DNA from: an uncultured bacterium
GTDB taxonomy: Bacteria; CAYUVA01
Direction of reading: 5' to 3'
NCBI GenBank assembly: GCA_964448115.1
Contig: CAYUVA010000017.1
Span: 62,001 to 82,556 of the forward strand
Length of the DNA stretch: 20,556 bases
Positions 8,801 to 15,428 of the stretch are shown here, one piece after another; within the stretch, counting starts at the first letter, position 1; each line of letters starts with the position of its first letter. The notes below the pieces were generated by a model. The model was given only the letters and a program-made list of their open reading frames with translations, was not told the origin of the DNA and made no database searches. The position numbers were made by a program, and so were the translations under genes.

Positions 8801-10291
8801 AGAACCAAACAGACCATCCTGAAGAACCCCATACTTCTGCTTGTCGCCTTTATCATTATCGCCGGCTCCATCCTCGCTGCCGTGCTTATAAAGCAGGGGA
8901 TCGAACATCGCAGACTGGAATACATACGGGATCTCTTCACCCAAGCACAGACCGCCTTTGCCCAAGGGCAGTTCCAGACCTGCGTCATCATCTGCGAGAA
9001 TATCCTGCAAGAGGATCCCCAACATCTGCAAACCAAGTCGTTGAAGGCAGAAGCGATGGCTCGTATAGAGGAGAAAAAGGAGAAGGAAAGGATCGATAAC
9101 CTGATAAAAACCAACCTGAGAGCCGCCGAGGAAGCTATGTCCAATAAAGATCCAGAGCAGGCGATAAAACTTTACGACCAGATACTTGAGGTAGTGCCGG
9201 ATAACGAGGTAGCCAAACTGCGCAGGGAGGAAGCGGTCGCCGCCTATGAGAAGCTGCAATGGGAGCGTAACCAAAAAAAGATGCTCGAAGAGAAAAAACA
9301 AGAGGCTAAGAAACTATTCGAGGAAGGCAATTGGCAGGAGGCGATCGAAACTATTGAGGTTATACTGGAGAAATCTCCCGGCGAACAGGAAATGATAGCG
9401 CTAAAGGAGAAAGCCAACCAAAGGCTCATCGCCGAGAAACTGAAGGAGACCATTGAGGGGTATAGAGAATCAGCCAAAAAAGCCTTTGAGAATAAACAAT
9501 ATAGCAATGCAGTGCACTACATGAACAAGGTTCTTGAATATCATCCAGATGACCAACAAGCAAAGGAGCTTATCGCTGAGGCTAAGAGGATAATGGCTGA
9601 ACGGGCAGCAAGGTTGGCGAGGAACCGAAGGATAAATGACCTGATCAATGTCATAGAATCTTATATTGCTAGCAACCGGTTCGATGATGCCATAGCCAAG
9701 GCTGAGGAGCTGCGACCCTTGTGGGCTGATAAGGCTGATGAGCTTGCTGAAAAAACATTAAAAACTAAAGCGAGGGTGGAAGCGGAAAGAAAACTTCAGG
9801 CAAAGATTGAAGACTTGCTATCCAAGGCAAAAACCGCATACTCGAACAAGGAGTACCAAAAAACCATTAGATACGCTAATGATGTGCTTGCGCTTCAGAA
9901 GGATAATCCAGATGCAATAAACCTGGTGGAGCTTGCCAATACCGCCATCGCCAACCTAGATATTACCGCACCGACCATCCAACATACACAGCCCGTATCC
10001 GAGGCGATAATAAAGACCGATATCGAGATTATCGCTAAGGTGGAGGACGATAAGGGTGAGCTTAAGTCAGTTACCTTGCACTGGAAGCATGATGGAGATA
10101 CCAAGTTTCACACTATCGATATGTACAAGAGGGGCGGAGCTGCCTGGCGCGCAAGGATCTCGAAACGAGATAATAATCAAGAGAAGAAGATAATTTATTA
10201 CATAACCGCACAAGATCCCGCTGGTAACAAAAGCGAAAGTTCAAAATATACCATCGAGATCACTGCTCCAGTGATACCAGGTCCGTGGTAA
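5861..10291 (+). CDS. Membrane-spanning Hanks-type Ser/Thr protein kinase with N-terminal zinc ribbon, TPR-like repeats on both sides of one TM helix, and a C-terminal Ig-like domain
   Basis: CxxC...CxxC ribbon (CEKCG..FCSNCG). Kinase motifs GRGGMAIVY, AIK, RFHRE, HRDIKPDN, DFG, GTAKYMSPE, SDLYSLG. TM helix ILLLVAFIIIAGSILAAVLI at about 8831-8890. C-terminal D.TAPTI.H....YYITAQD.AGN beta-sandwich. Confidence 0.95.
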   Translation: MPTCEKCGTNNVIGSKFCSNCGAPLPEKGKLIREQISPTSFKDVRKPLEEVLEGQYEIIDEIGRGGMAIVYKAIDLNLERVDAIKVLPVELAYDKEFVERFHREAKMAARLHHPNIITIYAVKQHENLNFMIMKYIDGKPLKKILKEQKTLPVEKSIHILKDVCSALFFAHKEGVIHRDIKPDNIMIDRHDNAIVMDFGIAKAATSTGLTTVGGVIGTAKYMSPEQIKGEADNRSDLYSLGIVAYRMLTGRVPFTGEDNYTINYKHLHDPPEPPSKYNPAIPKKLEGWILKLLEKNPNHRYQSAREALDVLEEIEYELKKMHQDISKISKTKPASTTEEINAYFKEGLAAFNQGEYERAISLWEKLLSIDPSYIKGIEYIQKAKQKIEDQQTIAQLMHEAKEYYQAGNYPEAIRCWGKVVALDAEQAEAFEWMEKARAKMSHLEKIEKLFLQGDDLLSKGEIEQAKEKFQKVLQLDPEHKEAMLMIEEISEEEKKSQLIGDLVARGDQAYNNREFERALQLYEEIFSSYPDHLATVKKVDQVKDAIRIRDHLDYYIEQAKKLADNKEYEQALKLWEEIVFVSPDNEEAKNNLESVKQLFERQKFVTENLSKAQESFEQGDYAQAIKLWEAVLNKRPEDKQILDKIFEAQKLLEKSQRLSKLREKGLQLFNERNYEEAYPILDEAYHLDPHDKEIFEAHKETKHILKVREIKQLTSQGKQCLEQGDYSEAVRLFHRILQLDPQQEQIAQLRNQASEKLEKERLKEMLLLKAKSLLKEKKIHKAKSAIEELIELEPENEDARQIQQEIEELAGQIQASEPEGEDAEAKEALFMGIESIIAGQAHLAKEYLQDALEIEPNNQRVSKILRSLGEFTRLTEAGNLVDVNMMTTIETYMEEDSSFKKPIYFEEVAGEVGKHFDYTPEAEGKPLLCQSPSLERIINPPQADDDIEYTEMPIGEHTSLYVPEEQKDEEAQEIKLPFKERTKQTILKNPILLLVAFIIIAGSILAAVLIKQGIEHRRLEYIRDLFTQAQTAFAQGQFQTCVIICENILQEDPQHLQTKSLKAEAMARIEEKKEKERIDNLIKTNLRAAEEAMSNKDPEQAIKLYDQILEVVPDNEVAKLRREEAVAAYEKLQWERNQKKMLEEKKQEAKKLFEEGNWQEAIETIEVILEKSPGEQEMIALKEKANQRLIAEKLKETIEGYRESAKKAFENKQYSNAVHYMNKVLEYHPDDQQAKELIAEAKRIMAERAARLARNRRINDLINVIESYIASNRFDDAIAKAEELRPLWADKADELAEKTLKTKARVEAERKLQAKIEDLLSKAKTAYSNKEYQKTIRYANDVLALQKDNPDAINLVELANTAIANLDITAPTIQHTQPVSEAIIKTDIEIIAKVEDDKGELKSVTLHWKHDGDTKFHTIDMYKRGGAAWRARISKRDNNQEKKIIYYITAQDPAGNKSESSKYTIEITAPVIPGPW

Positions 10292-10381
10292 ATGACCATA
10301 ATCCCAATAGGTATTACCCAGGTTACTTATCACGATCACGCGTTATAACTACTACCAAATACGGACATCGAGGCAGCTATT

Positions 10382-10410
10382 TTGACACTGAATGAGTTAT
10401 TTATTATCAT
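10382..10410 (+). promoter_or_regulatory. Near-consensus sigma70 promoter placing +1 on or next to the ATG at 10417 (leaderless)
   Basis: TTGACA (10382-10387), 17-nt spacer, TATCAT (10405-10410), 6 nt, then ATG. No Shine-Dalgarno sequence. Confidence 0.75.
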
Positions 10411-10416
10411 CTTTAC

Positions 10417-11961
10417 ATGCACGCCCGGGTACTAGTTATCGTTTTTACCATAACCGCAGGCTTTGCCTTGATGGCTTACGGCGGCGATGTTATAGGCAGA
10501 GCACAGCGCATTGGGCAGAACGACCACGGCGGCATCCAGATATGTATCGGTGGTCAGGACTTCATACCTTCTCTTTCCATCCTGGGTGTGGGGCTAGCTG
10601 CTTTGGCAATGGGGATAATCCTTTATTTGGTAAGGTTTCAGGCGGTGTCAATCTGCCTACTGATAATATCTTTTGGCACATTAGGCTGGTGTGCGTATCT
10701 GAGATATACGACTACCGATTATGGTGGCAATTATATCTTCGAGGATGTCCCGGCTGGTGTCTATAAGGTTTCCGCCTTCGATTACCATGGCTATAGGGGA
10801 AGCTCTCATGACAACATAATCGTTCCAACAGATGGCATTGTGGTGGTGCCGGTGCTCTATCTTTACCCGCACACGGCTACACCGACCATAACCCCGACTT
10901 TTTTCACCTCCACGCCGACCTCTACCCCAACAATTACCCAGACTCCCACCATCACTCCCACTCCAACAAACACGCCAACCGGCACTAATACACCAACATC
11001 AACAAACACGCCAACTAACACAGCCACTCCCACCAGCACTCCCTTTACTCCATACTGGGAACAGCTTTATCCACAAAATCATCCCAGCGGAAGAAACGAC
11101 CATGTGATGGTCTATGACAGCCATCGAGGAGTCGTTTACCTGTTCGGGGGTTGGTCATCGGGCGGGGAGAAAAACGACCTATGGGAATATGACCCTCAGT
11201 CGTCCCAGGGGTGGAGCGAGCTGATCCAGTCCTTTTCTCGCCCCTCTCCCCGCGAGGATCACGATATGGTCTATGATATACAGAACCAAAGGGTGATACT
11301 CTTTGGTGGCACCGGTCCATCGGACGAAACCTGGGAGTTGAATCCCGCCACCATGGCTTGGACTCTCAAGACCCCCTCACCGCATCCATCAGCGCGCCAA
11401 AGACATGATATGGTCTATGACAGCGATCGCTCAAAGGTGATCCTGTTCGGTGGCTGGCCTTACAATGATGAGCTATGGGAGTACGATACCGCTGCCGGCA
11501 CCTGGAGCCAGATCAGCGCCAGCGGTCCAGTAGGCAGAAGCGGACATGAGATGGTCTATGATCATCATCGACACAAGGTTTACATGTTCGGTGGATATCC
11601 CAATTTCGAGGATGTACTCGATGATACCTGGCAGTATGACCCCTCGTCCGGCTCCTGGTCGATGTTTAATCCAAGCACCAAGCCAGGGGCGCGCGGCGGT
11701 CATGCAATGGTCTATGACCCGGTCAGGCGCAGGGCGGTCCTGTTCGGCGGCGATGGTGAGGAAGGGGCGCTTGATGATACCTGGGAGTTTGACCCGGTAA
11801 GTGGTGAATGGAGCCAAATACCCCAACAGACGCACCCTAATATTCGATTCTCCCATGACATGGTTTACCTCGGAGAGCTGAACATGACCATCCTATTCGG
11901 CGGAGAAGACAAGGATGGAGTTCAGAGAAGCGACACCTGGAAGCTCGCATCATCGCCATAG
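10417..11961 (+). CDS. Exported Kelch-repeat (6-blade propeller) protein with N-terminal carboxypeptidase-regulatory-like domain interrupted by a hydrophobic hairpin, and a Thr/Pro linker
   Basis: Signal peptide, then TTTDYGGNYIFEDVPAGVYKVSA (CarboxypepD_reg-like), a TPT-rich linker at about 10870-11050, and six repeats P..R..H.MVY(D)......LFGG....DxW. Confidence 0.9.
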   Translation: MHARVLVIVFTITAGFALMAYGGDVIGRAQRIGQNDHGGIQICIGGQDFIPSLSILGVGLAALAMGIILYLVRFQAVSICLLIISFGTLGWCAYLRYTTTDYGGNYIFEDVPAGVYKVSAFDYHGYRGSSHDNIIVPTDGIVVVPVLYLYPHTATPTITPTFFTSTPTSTPTITQTPTITPTPTNTPTGTNTPTSTNTPTNTATPTSTPFTPYWEQLYPQNHPSGRNDHVMVYDSHRGVVYLFGGWSSGGEKNDLWEYDPQSSQGWSELIQSFSRPSPREDHDMVYDIQNQRVILFGGTGPSDETWELNPATMAWTLKTPSPHPSARQRHDMVYDSDRSKVILFGGWPYNDELWEYDTAAGTWSQISASGPVGRSGHEMVYDHHRHKVYMFGGYPNFEDVLDDTWQYDPSSGSWSMFNPSTKPGARGGHAMVYDPVRRRAVLFGGDGEEGALDDTWEFDPVSGEWSQIPQQTHPNIRFSHDMVYLGELNMTILFGGEDKDGVQRSDTWKLASSP

Positions 11962-11983
11962 GGCTAAGAAGGGAGTCGAGGTA

Positions 11984-12013
11984 TTGATTATTTGCTTGCA
12001 TAAGGATATCCTT
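11984..12013 (+). promoter_or_regulatory. Putative sigma70 promoter with a perfect palindrome over the -10 element
   Basis: TTGATT (11984-11989), 17-nt spacer, TATCCT (12007-12012). AAGGATATCCTT palindrome at 12002-12013. AAGGAG Shine-Dalgarno upstream of ATG 12049. Confidence 0.45.
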
Positions 12014-12048
12014 TAATCGATTTTTACATACGAAAGGAGCAATTAAGT

Positions 12049-12372
12049 ATGAATAGTGGAAGAAGACTGATACCATCGGTAGTATTGCTTGCCGTCGTTT
12101 CTTTGCTGATGGCGGGGTGTATCATCATAGATGATGATAGTGACGATAAGGAGCTTATCATCGTCGATAACTATACCGCTTATGACTCCATAGCATTTTA
12201 TCTGGATGGAAGATTCATGGGCTGGATAGGCGCTTACGAGGTCGTGGATTTTCGCGGGCACTTTGCTGGTTACCGTGAATTCTATGCCGAGGACGAGGAT
12301 ACCGGCGTGAGGTGGGGTCCGGACTACTTCTCGGTGCCAGATGACGGAACCTTCACATGGGAGCTTCTATAA
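12049..12372 (+). CDS. Small acidic lipoprotein of unknown function (probable single beta-sandwich)
   Basis: Strong Shine-Dalgarno AAGGAG. Basic N-region, hydrophobic core and lipobox LMAG-C, followed by a beta-strand-rich mature part. Confidence 0.85.
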   Translation: MNSGRRLIPSVVLLAVVSLLMAGCIIIDDDSDDKELIIVDNYTAYDSIAFYLDGRFMGWIGAYEVVDFRGHFAGYREFYAEDEDTGVRWGPDYFSVPDDGTFTWELL

Positions 12373-12821
12373 TCTTAATTGCGAATATTATCGACCACTT
12401 GGAGACCGTGCTCAATTATATAGGCAAGCGATTTATCGTTACCAGCAGCCTGCTTGTATTTGCCGTGGCTGTTATTGGCTGCAACAACAATCCGGATACG
12501 GCAAGCGAGGCTGTCAGGCTGTTTCAGGATCATCTTGGAAGGTTGCATTACGAGAAGGCTTATGAGCTGTTGCACCCCTACTATCAGCAGAAGTATTTTA
12601 CAATACTAACCAACTTCAAGTACTGGGTTGTGAGCAATCATTCGGTAGTTAAGCATATTTCACGCTCCAAGATCCAGAAAACAGAGCTGATAAAGCCAAA
12701 CCAGGAACGGGTGATCGCATGGGACGAGAAGTCGAACAGTTATGTCTTCTTCATCGTGCATAAAAGCAATGATACCTGGCGCATCTACGATATGCAGCCC
12801 TTCCAGGACTCGATTCATTAG
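12357..12821 (+). CDS. Lipoprotein, NTF2-like/DUF4878-like; true start may be the in-frame GTG at 12408
   Basis: KR followed by a hydrophobic segment and lipobox VIG-C. Pattern P....V..F...L....YEKAYELL and C-terminal K....WRI typical of NTF2-like lipoproteins. Confidence 0.7.
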   Translation: MGASIILIANIIDHLETVLNYIGKRFIVTSSLLVFAVAVIGCNNNPDTASEAVRLFQDHLGRLHYEKAYELLHPYYQQKYFTILTNFKYWVVSNHSVVKHISRSKIQKTELIKPNQERVIAWDEKSNSYVFFIVHKSNDTWRIYDMQPFQDSIH

Positions 12822-12898
12822 CAAGCTGCTGTTTTATCCCAAATTCTCGGTTTGAGATCCAGGGCGCGTGAATGACGAGAAATGAGTATCCTCTTTAT

Positions 12899-12986
12899 TG
12901 TCATGCCTGCCAAGCCTGTCCTCGCGAAACTTGTCCCGGCGAAAGGGGGTTCGGGGGACGCGAAGAGGCAAAGAAGACAGGATACC
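12899..12986. repeat. Nested GC-rich palindromic (REP-like) element between convergent genes
   Basis: Tandem CCTGTCCTCGCGAAA and CTTGTCCCGGCGAAA (12/15 identical). Nested complementary arms GTCCC/GGGAC, TCGCG/CGCGA, GCCT/AGGC, CCTGTC/GACAGG. Confidence 0.45.
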
Positions 12987-13065
12987 GTTCCATTGTAAAG
13001 CAATTTCAAACTGAAGATCTGGGTTTATTTTCGATTCGGGTTGTCTTTGCAGGGAGATCAGCCTT

Positions 13066-14211
13066 CTACTCGCTCAATTTTTCGGTTGTCGGCTTGTCCT
13101 GGTCTTCAGTGGTATCTTGTATCTTTTCTTTTTTGCTGGCTATCTGCTTGTAGAGATCCTCTCTTTCCTCCTTGAGCTTCTTGAGCCTTGATTCGCTGAT
13201 GATATCAATGTCCCAGCCGGTGAGCTTCGATGCCAGTCTGACATTCTGTCCCTTTCTTCCAATAGCCAATGATAGTTGGTCATCAGCGACAGTTACCTCT
13301 ACTCGTTTTTCGTCATCATGAACGACTATTTCCTGTATCTCTGCGGGGCTGAGTGATTTTGCGATCAGCTCTTTTACATCATCGGTATATGGTACAATAT
13401 CGATATTCTCGCCTTTGAGTTCCTTAACGATCGCTTGTACTCTGGTTCCTTTGATGCCCACGCAAGCGCCCACTGGATCCACATTGCTATCATAAGTCTG
13501 CACGCATATCTTTGCCCTACCACCGGGTTCTCGCACTGCGTTTCTTATTACCACTGTGCCCTCGAAGATCTCTGGTACCTCAAGGTAAAATAGCTTTTTC
13601 AAAAATTCAGGTGATGTTCTGCTTAACACCAATTGAGGGGCTGTTTTCGTTTTTCTTATCTCCTTGAGCAATCCTTTTACTCGATCACCCCTACGAAAAA
13701 TTTCTCCTGGTATTATCTCCTTACTGGGAAGGATCGCCTCCACCTTGTTAAGATCGAAATATACATTGCCAGCCTCTATATGGGTAACCTCTCCGCTGAC
13801 CACATCGCCTACCTTGTTCTTGAACATCTCATAAATATGTTCTCTTTCAGCCTCTGCCACATAGGCTGCTATAAGCTGTCGCACCTTCTGGGCGCCGATC
13901 CTGCCCAGGGTAACAATATCTCTTTCCAGCTCCACCTCATCGCCGATCTTGACCTCAGGTATATGTTTTATCGCTTCTTCCAGGGACATCTCTGCTTTTG
14001 GATTTTGAACCTTCTCCACCACCTTCTTCACGCTATAAAGGGCGATTTCCCCTGTCTTCGGTTCCACCCTCGCCTCGAGCTGCTCCTCGGGATCATAGTT
14101 TCTTTTAGAGGCTATGACGATAGCCTTTTCGATTGCCTCTATAATAACCTCTTTTGGCAGCCCTTTTTCTTTGCTTATGGTATCTATTATGGCAGCTAGG
14201 TTTAGTTCCAT
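13066..14211 (-). CDS. nusA: Transcription termination/antitermination factor NusA (short form, no AR domains)
   Basis: NusA_N, S1 and KH motifs: LVLSRTSPEFLKKLF.LEVPEI, REPGGRAKI, DPVGACVGIKGTRVQAIVKEL, QLSLAIGRKGQNVRLASKLTGWDIDI. GGAGG Shine-Dalgarno upstream. Confidence 0.99.
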   Translation of the reverse strand: MELNLAAIIDTISKEKGLPKEVIIEAIEKAIVIASKRNYDPEEQLEARVEPKTGEIALYSVKKVVEKVQNPKAEMSLEEAIKHIPEVKIGDEVELERDIVTLGRIGAQKVRQLIAAYVAEAEREHIYEMFKNKVGDVVSGEVTHIEAGNVYFDLNKVEAILPSKEIIPGEIFRRGDRVKGLLKEIRKTKTAPQLVLSRTSPEFLKKLFYLEVPEIFEGTVVIRNAVREPGGRAKICVQTYDSNVDPVGACVGIKGTRVQAIVKELKGENIDIVPYTDDVKELIAKSLSPAEIQEIVVHDDEKRVEVTVADDQLSLAIGRKGQNVRLASKLTGWDIDIISESRLKKLKEEREDLYKQIASKKEKIQDTTEDQDKPTTEKLSE

Positions 14212-14245
14212 ATTTCCAAGCCCTCCTTTGAAGGCGATAAGTGTT

Positions 14246-14698
14246 TTAGATATCAGGATTCAGACGGGCTTTGATAACATCCCGTATATTCATCATGACC
14301 GTTGAGCCATCGCTGGTTTCGAGGGCGATGATTCCGTTATCATAGCCGGTCAGCTTCCCCTGGTAGGTAACGGTTGTTTGCTGCTCGGCTGCTATTATCA
14401 ATACCTTCTTGCCAATGAAGTTTTTGTATTCTCTCTCGCTTTTGAGCCTTCTGAACAGCCCCGGCGAGGAGACCTCCAGGTTGTACTTTGCAGGGATAGG
14501 ATCTTCCACATCGAGCAAATGAGATAACTGCCTGCTCAGGTTCTGGCAGTCATCAAGTGATATTCCGCCCTCCTTATCGATGATGATACGAAGTATGTTC
14601 CTGCCACGCCGGCTCAGATACTCCACATCGACAAGGCGCAGTCCTTGCTCGTTGATTATTGGCTCAGCTATCCTTTCTATCTTCTCTTCGAGCTTCAA
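14246..14698 (-). CDS. rimP: Ribosome maturation factor RimP
   Basis: Motifs LRIIIDKEGGISLDDC..LSR.LS.LLDVEDPI...YNLEVSSPG..R.L. Directly upstream of nusA. TTG start preceded by AGGAG. Confidence 0.98.
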   Translation of the reverse strand: MKLEEKIERIAEPIINEQGLRLVDVEYLSRRGRNILRIIIDKEGGISLDDCQNLSRQLSHLLDVEDPIPAKYNLEVSSPGLFRRLKSEREYKNFIGKKVLIIAAEQQTTVTYQGKLTGYDNGIIALETSDGSTVMMNIRDVIKARLNPDI

Positions 14699-14723
14699 GG
14701 TCTGCTCTCCTTGGGCTTATCCA

Positions 14724-14755
14724 TAAAAAAAGTGGGCATCTTCCTGTCCCACTTC
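14724..14755 (-). terminator. rimP leader: intrinsic terminator/attenuator hairpin in the 5' UTR
   Basis: Minus strand GAAGTGGG-ACAGGAAGATG-CCCACTTTTTTTA: a stem followed by a U-run, between the promoter and the rimP start. Matches the GGG...CCC hairpin described upstream of rimP in many bacteria. Confidence 0.8.
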
Positions 14756-14783
14756 AAATTACCAGTGGTGGTCATTTTTAGTA

Positions 14784-14812
14784 AGTCTATCCTAAATATC
14801 AGATTATTTCAA
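14784..14812 (-). promoter_or_regulatory. sigma70 promoter of rimP-nusA
   Basis: Minus strand TTGAAA (14812-14807), 17-nt spacer, TAGACT (14789-14784). Confidence 0.7.
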
Positions 14813-14942
14813 TGATCGAAAACTTCACAAAACCACAGGTTGGATCTTACAGAAGAGACCCCTTTACGCAATGAAAAGACACTGCGAGCAGCGAGTAGAG
14901 ATTTTTACACACCCAATGTCTGCAGCATAGATGTTATAAGGT

Positions 14943-14975
14943 TATCTTGACAAGATAGAGGCTTGGTGATATCAG
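14943..14975 (+). promoter_or_regulatory. Putative promoter of the IHF/HU gene with a palindrome over the -35 element
   Basis: TTGACA (14947-14952), 17-nt spacer, TG-n-TATCAG (imperfect -10). TATCTTG-A-CAAGATA inverted repeat at 14943-14957. Confidence 0.45.
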
Positions 14976-15016
14976 TCAGGTAGTATCGTAACACTCGGAA
15001 GGAAGGGTTATTTGGC

Positions 15017-15295
15017 ATGACAAGAAACGATATTATTAACGCCTTGGTCGAACGCACCGGATTCTTAAGCAAGTCTGAAGCCTCAATGGTTGTCAGAGTC
15101 TTCTTTCAATTCATAACCAACAGCTTAATAGAGGGTAAAAAAGTCGAGCTAAGAGGGTTAGGGTCCTTTAGGGTACGAGAAAGGGGACCCAGGATAGGGC
15201 GGAATCCTCGTACCGGTGAGAAAGTCTATGTAGAAAAAAAGCAGATCCCTTACTTCAAGCCAGGCAAGGATCTATCAGCCATTGAAGAGGAATGA
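15017..15295 (+). CDS. ihfB: Integration host factor beta / HU-family DNA-binding protein
   Basis: Motifs G.KVELRGLGSF.VR.R.PR.GRNPRTGE.V and PYFKPGK. The latter is IHF-beta-like. Confidence 0.88.
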   Translation: MTRNDIINALVERTGFLSKSEASMVVRVFFQFITNSLIEGKKVELRGLGSFRVRERGPRIGRNPRTGEKVYVEKKQIPYFKPGKDLSAIEEE

Positions 15296-15428
15296 ACCAG
15301 CCATTAAACAAGCCATAACCTTCAGTAATAATTGCAGCAACCTGGCGATAAATTTTTTTAATCGTACCTAAGAGACATTGAAGAGCTGATAATCAAGGCT
15401 GAAAAACAGGGTATCATCCGCTTATATC

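Noticed and set aside
7046-9507. Long antisense ORFs (460 aa at 7919-9301, 217 aa at 7046-7699 and others)
   Set aside because: Leu/Phe-rich mirror images of the Glu/Lys-rich kinase strand with no motifs of their own; shadow ORFs.
11107-11720. ATGGTCTATGA recurring every ~150 bp as a possible CRISPR or DNA repeat array
   Set aside because: Only 11 bp long, in frame with the MVYD motif of Kelch blades, spacers too long, and no cas genes.
12818-13153. ORFs 12818-13009 (-) and 12872-13153 (+) as a ylxR-like or Cys-rich small protein
   Set aside because: They run through the palindromic element or antisense to nusA and lack the YlxR RxCxxC/GRG motifs.
15296-15428. Protein-like stretch SYLRDIEELIIKAEKQGIIRLYRD in the ihfB frame (read-through or gene remnant)
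   Set aside because: Several in-frame stops separate it from ihfB, there is no start codon or Shine-Dalgarno, and it is too short to support.
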